In this document: positions 1 to 9,015 of the stretch, in pieces | Layout of the letters: each line of letters opens with the position of its first letter | Numbering within the stretch: the stretch's first letter is position 1 | Assembly: GCA_035629195.1 (NCBI GenBank) | Contig: DASPIH010000102.1 | Span: 1 to 42,080 of the forward strand | Source: Blastococcus sp. | GTDB taxonomy: Bacteria; Actinomycetota; Actinomycetes; Mycobacteriales; Geodermatophilaceae | Reading direction: 5' to 3' | DNA: 42,080 bases | The notes under the pieces: model-generated | What the model saw: only the letters and a program-made list of their open reading frames with translations | Databases searched by the model: none | What the model was told of the DNA's origin: nothing | Position numbers and translations under genes: made by a program

Positions 1-135
1 CAGCGCCAGGAGCAGCAGCGCAGCGGCTCCGACGAGCACCCGGCCGGCGTCGTCGAGGGCGGCGGTGACGGCGCCCAGCAGCACGCTCCCGGCCGCAAGG
101 GTGGCCGGCACCACCTTCGGAGGCGACCACTGCAC
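1..135 (-). CDS. Partial (runs off window) membrane protein, probable PH-domain / Rv0010c-like protein
   Basis: Manual translation from GTG at 135: MQWSPPKVVPATLAAGSVLLGAVTAALDDAGRVLVGAAALLLLAL. It has two hydrophobic segments and an N-terminal WSP motif, and is syntenic downstream of crgA as in mycobacteria. Confidence 0.6.
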   Translation of the reverse strand, partial: MQWSPPKVVPATLAAGSVLLGAVTAALDDAGRVLVGAAALLLLAL

Positions 136-225
136 GCCCACAGCCTGCCAGGCGATCCGCGGAACATACGATCGCGGCCGGCGGCGGTCCCCGGCCGCGC
201 CGCGTCGTCGAACAGGAGTGGGTCC

Positions 226-1386
226 ATGCGTGATGCCGTCATCTGTGCCGCCGTCCGAACGCCGGTGGGCAAGCGCGCCGGAGGGCTGTCGGGGGTCCAT
301 GCCGTCGACCTGTCCGCCCACGTGCTCGGTGCCCTGGCCGAGCGTTCGGGCATCGACCCCACGGTCGTCGACGACGTGTTCTGGGGCTGCGTCGGCCAGG
401 TGGGGGAGCAGTCGTTCAACATCGGGCGGAACGCCGCCCTGGCCGCCGGCTGGCCCGAGTCGGTGCCCGGCCTCACGATCGACCGCCAGTGCGGCTCGTC
501 GCAGCAGGCCGTCGCCTTCGCTGCCGCCACGGTCCTCAGCGGGCAGGCCGACGTCGTCGTCGCCGGTGGTGTGGAGTGCATGAGCCGGGTTCCGATGGGA
601 TCCGCCGCGGGCGACGGGCGCTCCGGCAGGCCGCTGGGCCCCAGGTTCCTCGAGCGCTACGACGGCGTCCACCCGGACCAGGGCGTGGGAGCCGAGATGA
701 TGGCCGAGCGCTGGGGCTTCTCCCGGACGCAGCTCGACGAGTACGCCCTGTCCTCCCACGAGAAGGCGGCCACGGCACAGGCCGACGGCGCCTTCGACGA
801 GCAGATCGCCCCGGTCACCCTGGACGACGGCACGGTGGTGCGCGCCGACGAGGGCATCCGTCCCGGCGGCACCCTGGAGAAGCTCGGCTCGCTCAAGACG
901 CCGTTCAAGGCCGACGGCGTGATCAGTGCCGGCAACGCCAGTCAGATCTCCGACGGTTCCGCCGCGTTGCTGGTCACCACCAGCGACCGGGCCCGCGAGC
1001 TCGGCCTGCGGCCGCTCGTGCGCATCCACACCACGGTCATGGCCGCCGACGACCCCGTGATCATGCTGACCGCGCCCATCCCCGCCACGCAGAAGGTGCT
1101 CACGCGGTCGGGGCTGTCGCTCGACGACATCGGCATCTTCGAGGTGAACGAAGCATTCGCGCCGGTGCCCCTGGCCTGGCTCGCCGACATCGGAGCCGAC
1201 GCCTCGCGGATGAATCCCGTGGGGGGTGCCATCGCACTGGGGCACCCGCTGGGCGCCTCGGGGGCGCGCATCATGACGACGCTGATCCACCAGATGCAGG
1301 CCACCGGCACGCGCTACGGACTGCAGACGATGTGCGAGGGCGGCGGCATGGCCAACGCGACCGTGCTGGAGCTGCTCAGCGCCTGA
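226..1386 (+). CDS. Acetyl-CoA C-acyltransferase (thiolase)
   Basis: Catalytic Cys in DRQCGSSQQA, plus NEAF, GHPLGASG and CEGGG motifs; RBS AGGAG upstream. Confidence 0.95.
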   Translation: MRDAVICAAVRTPVGKRAGGLSGVHAVDLSAHVLGALAERSGIDPTVVDDVFWGCVGQVGEQSFNIGRNAALAAGWPESVPGLTIDRQCGSSQQAVAFAAATVLSGQADVVVAGGVECMSRVPMGSAAGDGRSGRPLGPRFLERYDGVHPDQGVGAEMMAERWGFSRTQLDEYALSSHEKAATAQADGAFDEQIAPVTLDDGTVVRADEGIRPGGTLEKLGSLKTPFKADGVISAGNASQISDGSAALLVTTSDRARELGLRPLVRIHTTVMAADDPVIMLTAPIPATQKVLTRSGLSLDDIGIFEVNEAFAPVPLAWLADIGADASRMNPVGGAIALGHPLGASGARIMTTLIHQMQATGTRYGLQTMCEGGGMANATVLELLSA

Positions 1387-1415
1387 TCCACGCGGCCCGT
1401 GTCGCGCCGCCTCCC

Positions 1416-1456
1416 CGCCGACAGCCCCCGGTGCTCCGCACCGGGGGCTGTCGGCG
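1416..1456 (+). terminator. Intrinsic terminator hairpin after thiolase
   Basis: Perfect 19-bp stem CGCCGACAGCCCCCGGTGC-tcc-GCACCGGGGGCTGTCGGCG about 30 nt after the stop. Confidence 0.8.
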
Positions 1457-1577
1457 TCCCGGAGGCCCAATGTGACCGCTCGGGTCTGTCCGAATGCGCA
1501 GTGTGATCGGAATCCGTCCAGGTCAGGAGGGGGGTCGCGCCGTCGGATCAGCGCTCCCGGCCGACGGACATGTCGAC

Positions 1578-1778
1578 TCATCCACAGCCCGGTACACAGC
1601 TGGGGACAGACTTCCACTGCTGTAGTTACGGGGCGGCCGTCCTGTCACACGAGTCCCACGGCCGGCGAAGCTGCTGGTCAGAAGCATGCTGCGGAACTGC
1701 ACGACTCCACACCTGGTGGACAACCCTGGGGGTGGAGCGTCATGTCGACCTGTGGATTGCGCGCATGGCTGTGCACAG
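1578..1778. promoter_or_regulatory. Cluster of DnaA-box-like 9-mers downstream of crgA
   Basis: TCATCCACA 1578-1586(+), CTGTCCCCA 1601-1609(-), GACTCCACA 1703-1711(+), TTGTCCACC 1715-1723(-), CAATCCACA 1751-1759(-), CTGTGCACAG 1769-1778, compared with consensus TT(A/G)TCCACA, all in non-coding DNA. Confidence 0.6.
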
Positions 1779-1842
1779 TGGAGAGGCCCCTGTCCCCCGT
1801 CACCGGCGCTCGCCGCGGGAGCCTGAACGGGGGCCGACAGCA

Positions 1843-1875
1843 CGAGGCCCCCGTCCCCTGGGGACGAGGGCCTCG
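1843..1875 (-). terminator. Intrinsic terminator of crgA
   Basis: 15-bp stem (one G-U pair on the minus strand) CGAGGCCCTCGTCCC-cag-GGGACGGGGGCCTCG about 55 nt after the crgA stop. Confidence 0.75.
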
Positions 1876-1929
1876 CACGTATCGCGCTCCGCAGGGCCGT
1901 GCCGGGCGTGGAGCGTGGGAGGAGCTCGC

Positions 1930-2202
1930 TCAGCGCCACCGCATCGACATGATCAGGCCGGCGACCATGGCGCCGAACCCGATGGCGAAGTTCCAGGCCG
2001 ACAGCGACACCATGAACGGGATGCGATCCCCGGCCACGTAGTAGACGACGATCCACAGCAGGCCGATGAGCATCAGCGCGACCATGAGCGCCACGTACCA
2101 CGGCGGGCTGGGCTGCAGGACCTTGGCCTGGGTTCCCCGGGAGCGGGCCGCATCCTCCGGCGGCGTGTACACCGACTTCTTGCGCACCTTGGACTTGGGC
2201 AC
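1930..2202 (-). CDS. crgA: Cell division protein CrgA
   Basis: MPKSKVRKK N-terminus, PSPPWY, two TM helices, WNFAIGFG...MRWR C-terminus; GTG start with GGAGGAG RBS. Confidence 0.95.
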   Translation of the reverse strand: MPKSKVRKKSVYTPPEDAARSRGTQAKVLQPSPPWYVALMVALMLIGLLWIVVYYVAGDRIPFMVSLSAWNFAIGFGAMVAGLIMSMRWR

Positions 2203-2329
2203 CGCGTACTCCTCCCCAGGGGCCAGGATCGTTCCTCCCCGACCGCAACTGCGCACCAGCCTAAGCTTCAGGGGAACGCGGACGGCGGTATCGCACCGCC
2301 CGTGGCCGCGTCGCCGTCAGGAGGTGCAC

Positions 2330-3079
2330 GTGGCCCCGTCCGTGCTGCGCGGCCGTCGCCCGTCCGCCTGGAGCGCCCTCGTGCCGGTGGTCGCGCTGGC
2401 AGCCGGTCTGCTGTTCGCCACCTCCGGGCGCGCCGCCCAGGGCACCGACCTGCGGGCGGGGGAGGTCACCGAGCTGTCCGAGCTCATCCGGGAGCGCGAC
2501 GCCGCCGTCTCCCGGCAGGCCGACCAGCTCACCGAGCTGCAGCACCGGGTGCAGGACCTCACCGCGGAGGCCGCCAGCAGCGACGGGACCGTCGCGGCGG
2601 CGCAGGCGGCGGGTGAGGCGGGGGCGGAAACCGCCGGTCTGTCGGAGGTCTCCGGGGCCGGCGTGGTCATCACCCTCGACGACGCCCCTCAGCGCCCCGA
2701 TGGCGGCCTTCCCAGCGGCGCGCGGCCCGACGACGTGGTCATCCACCAGAGCGACGTCCAGGCGGTCGTCAACTCCGTGTGGGCGGCCGGCGCCGACGGT
2801 GTGGCGGTGATGGACCAGCGGCTCATCTCCACCAGCGCGGTCCGCTGCGTGGGCAACACCCTGCTGCTGCAGGGGCGTACCTACTCGCCGCCGTTCGTGG
2901 TCACCGCGGTGGTCGACGCCGCCGCCGTGCGCGCCGCCCTCGCGGCCTCCCCCCAGGTGGCGGTCTTCCGCCAGGCGGTGGCGGCCTTCGGGCTCACCTT
3001 CGAGGTACGCGAGCGGCCTGCGGTCACCGTGCCCGCCTACGATGGCGGTCTGACCCTCCAGCACGCCGCCGCCGGCTGA
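2330..3079 (+). CDS. DUF881 domain protein (Rv0012-like)
   Basis: N-terminal TM, coiled coil, G(V)VITLDDA, VIHQSDVQAVVN and RCVGNTLLLQG motifs; divergent from crgA; AGGAGG RBS before GTG at 2330. Confidence 0.9.
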   Translation: MAPSVLRGRRPSAWSALVPVVALAAGLLFATSGRAAQGTDLRAGEVTELSELIRERDAAVSRQADQLTELQHRVQDLTAEAASSDGTVAAAQAAGEAGAETAGLSEVSGAGVVITLDDAPQRPDGGLPSGARPDDVVIHQSDVQAVVNSVWAAGADGVAVMDQRLISTSAVRCVGNTLLLQGRTYSPPFVVTAVVDAAAVRAALAASPQVAVFRQAVAAFGLTFEVRERPAVTVPAYDGGLTLQHAAAG

Positions 3080-3138
3080 GCGGCGGTCTGCTGTCCCGGG
3101 GTGGAACCTTCCGGACCAGCGAGGAGCCGACGACCGCG

Positions 3139-3798
3139 ATGACCACCGCCGACCGCCCGGTCCTCGTCGTCGACAACTTCGACAGCTTCGTCTACAACCT
3201 GGTCCAGTACCTGGGCCAGCTCGGTGTGCGCTGCGTGGTGCGGCGCAACGACGCGGTCACGGTGGACGAGCTGGCCGACCTCGACGTCGCCGGGGTGCTG
3301 CTCTCCCCCGGGCCGGGCACACCCGCCGACGCCGGCGTCACCGTGCCCATGGTGCGGGCCGCCGCGGAGCGGGGCACGCCCGTCCTCGGCGTGTGCCTCG
3401 GGCACCAGGCGATCGCCGAGGCCTTCGGCGCGGAGGTCGTCCGGGCACCCGAGCTGCTGCACGGCAAGACCAGCCAGGTGGTGCACGACGGCCGCGGGGT
3501 CCTCGCCGGCCTCCCGTCGCCCTTCACCGCCACCCGTTACCACTCGCTCGCCGTCGACCCCGCCACGGTTCCGGCCGAGCTCGAGGTCACCGGGCACACC
3601 TCGTCAGGGCTGGTGATGGCGCTGCGCCACCGCGAGCTGCCGGTCGAGGGGGTGCAGTTCCACCCCGAGTCGGTGCTCACCGAGGGTGGGCACCGGATGC
3701 TGGCCACCTGGCTGTCGGTCTGCGGGCTCGCCCCCGACGAGGACCTCGTCGCCGCCGCCTCGGCCGGTGCGCAGCGGCTGTCCTCGGCCACCGCCTGA
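3139..3798 (+). CDS. trpG: Aminodeoxychorismate/anthranilate synthase component II (class I glutamine amidotransferase, TrpG/PabA)
   Basis: VDNFDSFVYNL, SPGPG, GVCLGHQ, RYHSL and QFHPES motifs; syntenic with pknB. Confidence 0.93.
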   Translation: MTTADRPVLVVDNFDSFVYNLVQYLGQLGVRCVVRRNDAVTVDELADLDVAGVLLSPGPGTPADAGVTVPMVRAAAERGTPVLGVCLGHQAIAEAFGAEVVRAPELLHGKTSQVVHDGRGVLAGLPSPFTATRYHSLAVDPATVPAELEVTGHTSSGLVMALRHRELPVEGVQFHPESVLTEGGHRMLATWLSVCGLAPDEDLVAAASAGAQRLSSATA

Positions 3799-3828
3799 CC
3801 TCCCGCTGACGCACGCCCTGCGTGCGTG

Positions 3829-5667
3829 TCAGCCGCCGGTGCCTGTGTCGGTGTCCGTGTCGGTGTCCGTGTCCGTGTCCGTGTCTCTGTCTCTGTCGGT
3901 GTCGGCACGACCGCCCGTGGCGCCGCCGCTACCGCCAGCCGGCGCCGGTGACGACGGCGGGGCGGTGGTGGACGGCGTCGGCGGCTCGGACGGGACGGCG
4001 ACGGCGGCCAGCAGGGTGATGGTGTCGCCGGAGCCGACGTCCGTACCGGCGGCCGGGTCGGTCTCGACGACGGTGCCCGGGGCGACGTCGTCGCGCTCGA
4101 CGTTCTGCACCACGATCTGCCCGGCGCCGAAGCCGTTCTCCTGCAGGGTCGCCCGCGCCTGGCTCTCGGACCGGTTGACCACGTCGGGCATCGCGATCGT
4201 GCCCGTGGACACGTCGAGCGTGATCACGGCGGTGCGGCCGGCCTGGCTGCCCTGTGTGGGCGACACCGAGACGACGCGGCCCTCGTCGATCTCGACGGAG
4301 TCCACCGGACGTGTGGAGACGTTGGTGAAGCCGGCTGCCTCCAGGTTGGCCCGCGCCTGCTCCTCGGTCAGGCCCTCGACGCCCGGCACCAGGACCGTGT
4401 CGGGGCCGGCGCTGACGACCAGGTCGACCTCGCTGTCGGCGTCCACCATGGCGCCGGTCACCGGGTTGCTCTCGACCACGCTGCCCTCGGGGACGTCGGC
4501 GTTCGCCGCGGTCGTGACGTCGCCGACCGTGAGGCCGGCCGCCTCGATCTCGCTCTCCGCGTCGGCCTGGGTCAGGTTGACCAACGTGGGGACGCGGACA
4601 TCCGGGGCGGCGACCGGCGTGTCGTCGTTGCTGGTGAGCAGCGCGGCCGCGATCACACCACCGAGCAGCAGGACGGCGAGGACCGAGACGAGGGCGATGA
4701 TGCGGCGCTTGCGACGCCGGGCCTCCTCGTCCCCGTCGGCCCAGGTGCTGTAGCCGTAGCCGCCGGCAGGGGCGCCGATGAGCGCTGTCTTCTCGGCGTC
4801 GCCCATCACCGGAGTCGCCTCCACCCGCTGCCCGGCCAGCGCACGGAGCAGGTCGTTGCGCATGTCAGCAGCGGACTGGTAGCGGTTGGCCGGGTTCTTG
4901 CTCATCGCCTTGAGCAGGATCGAGTCCAGCTCCGGCGGGATCTCGGGGTTGATCGAGGACGGCAGCCGCGGGTCCTCGCGCACGTGCTGATATGCCACGG
5001 ACACCGGCGAGTCCCCGGTGAACGGCGGTGCTCCGGTGACCAGTTCATAGACCAGGCAGCCGAGCGAGTACACGTCGGACCGGGCGTCGACGCCCTCGCC
5101 GCGGGCCTGCTCGGGGGAGAGGTACTGGGCCGTGCCGATCACCGCCGCCGTGGAGGTCATCGTGGCCGCGGAGTCCGACACCGCGCGGGCGATGCCGAAG
5201 TCCATGACCTTGACGGTCCCCTGCGGCGTGATCATCACGTTCCCGGGCTTCACGTCCCGGTGCACGATCCCGTTCCGGTGGCTGAAGTCGAGGGCTCCGC
5301 AGATGTCGGCCGCCAGGCCCATCGCGCGCTCGATCGGAAGCGGCCCCTCACGGCGCAGCACGTCGCGCAGCGTCTCGCCCTCGACGAACTCCATGACGAT
5401 GTAGGGAGTGGCGCCCGACGGGCCGCGGTCCTCACCGGTGTCGTACACGGCCACGATGGCCGGGTGGTTCAGCGACGCCGCGGCCTGCGCCTCACGGCGG
5501 AAGCGCACCTGGAAGGACGGATCGCGGGCCAGGTCGCTGCGCAGCACCTTGACCGCGACCTCCCGCCCCAGGCGCAGATCGCGGCCGTGGTGCACCTCGG
5601 CCATGCCTCCGCGGCCCAGGACCCCGCCGATCTCGTAGCGCTCACCGAGCACCTGCGGGGTGGTCAT
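3829..5667 (-). CDS. pknB: PASTA-domain Ser/Thr protein kinase PknB
   Basis: GRGGMAEV, AVK, HRDVKPGN, DFG and YLSPEQ motifs; TM helix; about 3 PASTA repeats; start MTTPQVLGERY. Confidence 0.95.
   Translation of the reverse strand: MTTPQVLGERYEIGGVLGRGGMAEVHHGRDLRLGREVAVKVLRSDLARDPSFQVRFRREAQAAASLNHPAIVAVYDTGEDRGPSGATPYIVMEFVEGETLRDVLRREGPLPIERAMGLAADICGALDFSHRNGIVHRDVKPGNVMITPQGTVKVMDFGIARAVSDSAATMTSTAAVIGTAQYLSPEQARGEGVDARSDVYSLGCLVYELVTGAPPFTGDSPVSVAYQHVREDPRLPSSINPEIPPELDSILLKAMSKNPANRYQSAADMRNDLLRALAGQRVEATPVMGDAEKTALIGAPAGGYGYSTWADGDEEARRRKRRIIALVSVLAVLLLGGVIAAALLTSNDDTPVAAPDVRVPTLVNLTQADAESEIEAAGLTVGDVTTAANADVPEGSVVESNPVTGAMVDADSEVDLVVSAGPDTVLVPGVEGLTEEQARANLEAAGFTNVSTRPVDSVEIDEGRVVSVSPTQGSQAGRTAVITLDVSTGTIAMPDVVNRSESQARATLQENGFGAGQIVVQNVERDDVAPGTVVETDPAAGTDVGSGDTITLLAAVAVPSEPPTPSTTAPPSSPAPAGGSGGATGGRADTDRDRDTDTDTDTDTDTDTGTGG
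3844..3904. repeat. Hexanucleotide tandem repeat encoding the (DT/DR)n tail of PknB
   Basis: About 10 units of GTGTC(C/G)/CTGTCT-type hexamer. Confidence 0.8.
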
Positions 5668-5809
5668 CAACGGTCCTCTCGGGCGGTTCGGTGCATCGTC
5701 CGGGGGCCGGTGGCGCGAGGCGGCCCGGCGGCGGTCACCACGGACGGGACGCCGTCGGCGAGCGTAACCGCCGGAATGCCGGGAGCCCGGCAGGTGAGAA
5801 CCAGTGGCC

Positions 5810-7567
5810 TCACTGATCGTCACCCGCCTCTGCCTCTGCGTCGTTCGAGTCGTCGCCCGCCGCATCGGGGTCCGTCGCTGGTTCCACCACCGTCGGCTGT
5901 GCGGGGGTCGGGGTCGGAGCCCGCGAGCCGCCGGCGGGCGGGGGCGGAGCGACACTGGTGGTCGGAGTTGCGCTCGACGTCGGAGGCGCCGTCGACGTCG
6001 ACGTCGCGGTCGACGTCGGAGGCTCCTCCTCCTCCGTCGTCGTCGGGGTGGTGGTGCGCGTGGAAGGGGCGGCGGTCTCCACCGGCTCCTCCTCCTCCAC
6101 TTCCTCCTCCGCGTCGGGGTTCCAGGCGCTCTCGGCGACGTAGAGCGTCACCTGCGTGCCCGGAGGTGCGTCCTGGCCGGACGGGTCGATCCCGGCGACG
6201 TCGCCGGCGTCCAGCGGCTGGCTCACGGACGCCAGCAGGTCCTCGTCCGCGGACTCCTGCACCGGCTCCAGCCCGGCGGTCCGCAGCTCCTGCTCCACCT
6301 CGTCGGCATCGCGGCCGATGAACCGGGCGGGATCGAGGAAGACCCCGGTGGGTCCTGCGCCGGTGCTGGTCGCCGTCGCGGTGGTGCGGTCCGAGCCGGA
6401 ATCCGCCTCACCGCCGTTCTCCCCCGCCAGCAGGAACCAGGCGAGACCCGCAAGCAGCAGGAGCACCACCGCCCCGGCGGCGACCCCCACCCGCTTCCGT
6501 CGGTTGCCGGGTCGCTCATCCTCCGCGGGCAGCCACTCGTCGTCGTCCCCGGGAGCGTGCAGGGGAGGCATCGGGCGCCCCCCGGCGTCGGGCGGAACGG
6601 CGGGCATCCCCGCGGCGGGGGTCTGGAACACCTGAGTCCGGTCGGCGGTACCGGCGTCGACGACCTGGGTCGGCGCCGTGGCGGGTGCCACGACAGCGGT
6701 CACCGCGGTGGCCGCGGTGGCTGCGACGGCGCCCCCGCCGGCAACCCGGCGGACGGCCTCGGCGAACGCGCCCCCGTCCGCGAACCGGTCGGACGGGTTC
6801 TTGGCCAGCGCCCGCTCGACCAGCAGCCGGACCGCCGGCGGGACGTCCCCGGGCAGCGGTGGCGGCGGACGGTTGATGTGCGCGAGCGCGATGGCCACCT
6901 GGGACGCGCCGTCGAACGGCCGTGCCCCCGCGAGGCACTCGTAGCCGACGACGCCGAGGGAGTAGACGTCGGAGGCGGCGGTGACCTCCATGCCCTGCGC
7001 CTGTTCGGGGGAGAGGTACTGCGCGGTTCCCACGACCATGCCGGTGCGGGTGAGCGGCGCCGCGTCCCGTGCCTGCGCGATGCCGAAGTCGGTCAGCTTG
7101 ACCACGCCGTCGGGGCGGACGATGAGGTTGCCCGGCTTGATGTCCCGGTGCACCACTCCCGCCCGGTGCGCCGCCGAGAGCCCGTCGGCGGACTGGCTCA
7201 GGACGTGCAGCGTCCAGTCGACGGGAAGGCGGCCCTCCTCGTGGAGGATCGAGACCAGCGGCTGCCCCTCGACGTACTCCATGACCAGGAACGCAAGGGT
7301 CTGCACGCCCGTGTCGTCGGTCGTCTCGCCGTAGTCGTAGACCGAGGCGATGTTGGGATGGGACAGCGCGGCGGTGTGCCGGGCCTCGTTCCGGAAGCGC
7401 GCCAGGAAGCTCGGGTCGTTCGTGTACTCGCTCTTGAGCACCTTGGCCGCCACGATCCGGTCGAGAACGCGGTCGCGGGCCTTCCAGACCTCGCCCATCC
7501 CCCCGGTGGCGATGGGCGCGGTGATCTCGTAGCGCCCGGCCAGCAGACTTCCGATGCGCAGCGCCAT
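5810..7567 (-). CDS. pknA: Ser/Thr protein kinase PknA
   Basis: ATGGMGEV, HRDIKPGN, DFG and LTRTGMVVGTAQYLSPEQ motifs; TM and a Pro/Thr/Glu-rich extracellular tail; start overlaps the pbpA stop. Confidence 0.93.
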   Translation of the reverse strand: MALRIGSLLAGRYEITAPIATGGMGEVWKARDRVLDRIVAAKVLKSEYTNDPSFLARFRNEARHTAALSHPNIASVYDYGETTDDTGVQTLAFLVMEYVEGQPLVSILHEEGRLPVDWTLHVLSQSADGLSAAHRAGVVHRDIKPGNLIVRPDGVVKLTDFGIAQARDAAPLTRTGMVVGTAQYLSPEQAQGMEVTAASDVYSLGVVGYECLAGARPFDGASQVAIALAHINRPPPPLPGDVPPAVRLLVERALAKNPSDRFADGGAFAEAVRRVAGGGAVAATAATAVTAVVAPATAPTQVVDAGTADRTQVFQTPAAGMPAVPPDAGGRPMPPLHAPGDDDEWLPAEDERPGNRRKRVGVAAGAVVLLLLAGLAWFLLAGENGGEADSGSDRTTATATSTGAGPTGVFLDPARFIGRDADEVEQELRTAGLEPVQESADEDLLASVSQPLDAGDVAGIDPSGQDAPPGTQVTLYVAESAWNPDAEEEVEEEEPVETAAPSTRTTTPTTTEEEEPPTSTATSTSTAPPTSSATPTTSVAPPPPAGGSRAPTPTPAQPTVVEPATDPDAAGDDSNDAEAEAGDDQ

Positions 7568-9015
7568 CAGCCGCCCTGCCCCTCGAAGTAGGCCTCCATG
7601 ACCCGGCGGGAGATGGGGGCGGACACGTCGCCCCCGGTGCCCCCGCCGTTGGCCACGAAGACCGCCACGGCGATCTGCGGGTCGTCGGCCGGGGCGAAGC
7701 CCATGAACCAGTTGTGGTCGGCCACGCCCTCGCGCACCTGGGCGGTGCCGGTCTTGCCGGCGACGTCCATGCCGGAGATGCGGGCGGCCCGCCCGGAGCC
7801 GCGGGCCACGACACTGACCATCATCTCGGTGAGCCCGTCCGCGATCTCCGCCGAGATCGGCTCGCGCAGTTCCTCCGGATCGGTCTCGTCGATGACCGAG
7901 AGGTCGGGTGCGCGGAGCTCGTCGACCAGGTGGGGCTTCATCTGCACGCCGTCGTTGGCCACGGTGGCCGCCACCATCGCCGCCTGGAGCACGGTCATCC
8001 GCACGTCGCGCTGGCCGATCGAGGTCTGTCCCAGGGCAGCGGCGCTCTCGATGTCCCCGACGGTGCTCGGATCGACCTGGAGAGGGATCTCCATCCCCTC
8101 GTCGTCCAGGCCGAACGCCTGGGCCATCTCGCGGACCTTGTCCTCGCCCAGGTCGATGCCCAGCTGGGCGAACGCGGTGTTGCAGGAGATGGTGAGGGAG
8201 TCGATCAGCGGCTGCTCCTGGGCGGCGCTGCACTGCGAGTTGTTGTAGTTCCGCAGCTGGGTGCTCGTCTGCGGCAGCGTGAGGATGTCGGGGGCCGGGA
8301 TCACGGTGTCCGGCTGGTAGCCCTCCTGGAGCGCCGCGGCCGAGACGATCACCTTGAACAGCGACCCTGGCGGGTAGTTGTTCTCGATCGCCCGGTTCGT
8401 GCGCGGATCGGGGGCCTCCTCGTCGGTGATCTGCTCCATGTAGGTGCGGATCGCCTCGGGATCGTGGCTGGACAGCGGCGCGGGGTCGTAGGTCGGGGTG
8501 CTCGCCATGCCCAGGATCGCGCCGGTGGAGGGGTCGAGGGCGACGACGGCCCCGGTGACGCCCTCCAGGCCGGCCATCGCTGCCTCCTGGACGGCGGGGT
8601 CCAGTGTCAGGACGACGTCGCCGCCGGCCGGGTCGCGGCCGGTGAACAGGTCGGCGATGCGGCGGACGAACAGCCGCGAGTCCTCACCGGACAGCACGTC
8701 GTTCTCGGCGCGCTCCAGCCCGGTGTTGCCGTACACGAGGGAGTAGTAGCCCGTCACGGCCGCGTACAACGGTCCCTGCGGATAGGTCCGGAGGTACTCC
8801 AACCGGTCGTCGGTGGGCACCGAGACGGCGATCTCGTTGCCGGCCACGATGAGCGAGCCGCGTTCCCGGTCGTACTCCTCGGCGAGCACACGGGTGTTCC
8901 GGGGGTTGTCGCGCAGCTCGTCGGAGCGCACCACCTGGATGACGTTGACGTTGATGATCAGCAGGGTGAAGAGCACCAGGACGCTGATCGCCACCCGGCG
9001 CAACGGCGCGTTCAC
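7567..9015 (-). CDS. pbpA: Class B penicillin-binding protein PbpA
   Basis: SxxK (GSLFK), SxN (SCN) and KTG motifs; lies between rodA and pknA. Confidence 0.95.
   Translation of the reverse strand: MNAPLRRVAISVLVLFTLLIINVNVIQVVRSDELRDNPRNTRVLAEEYDRERGSLIVAGNEIAVSVPTDDRLEYLRTYPQGPLYAAVTGYYSLVYGNTGLERAENDVLSGEDSRLFVRRIADLFTGRDPAGGDVVLTLDPAVQEAAMAGLEGVTGAVVALDPSTGAILGMASTPTYDPAPLSSHDPEAIRTYMEQITDEEAPDPRTNRAIENNYPPGSLFKVIVSAAALQEGYQPDTVIPAPDILTLPQTSTQLRNYNNSQCSAAQEQPLIDSLTISCNTAFAQLGIDLGEDKVREMAQAFGLDDEGMEIPLQVDPSTVGDIESAAALGQTSIGQRDVRMTVLQAAMVAATVANDGVQMKPHLVDELRAPDLSVIDETDPEELREPISAEIADGLTEMMVSVVARGSGRAARISGMDVAGKTGTAQVREGVADHNWFMGFAPADDPQIAVAVFVANGGGTGGDVSAPISRRVMEAYFEGQGG

Noticed and set aside
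1472-2041. ORFs called across the thiolase-crgA gap (1472-2041, 1523-2248, 1678-1878)
   Set aside because: Atypical composition; they overlap crgA and its terminator; the region is better explained as regulatory.
5668-5955. Long N-terminal extensions in the ORF track for pknB (and likewise pknA, rodA, pstP, TrpG, enoyl-CoA hydratase)
   Set aside because: The extensions overlap neighbouring genes; downstream starts match family N-termini, RBSs or stop/start coupling.
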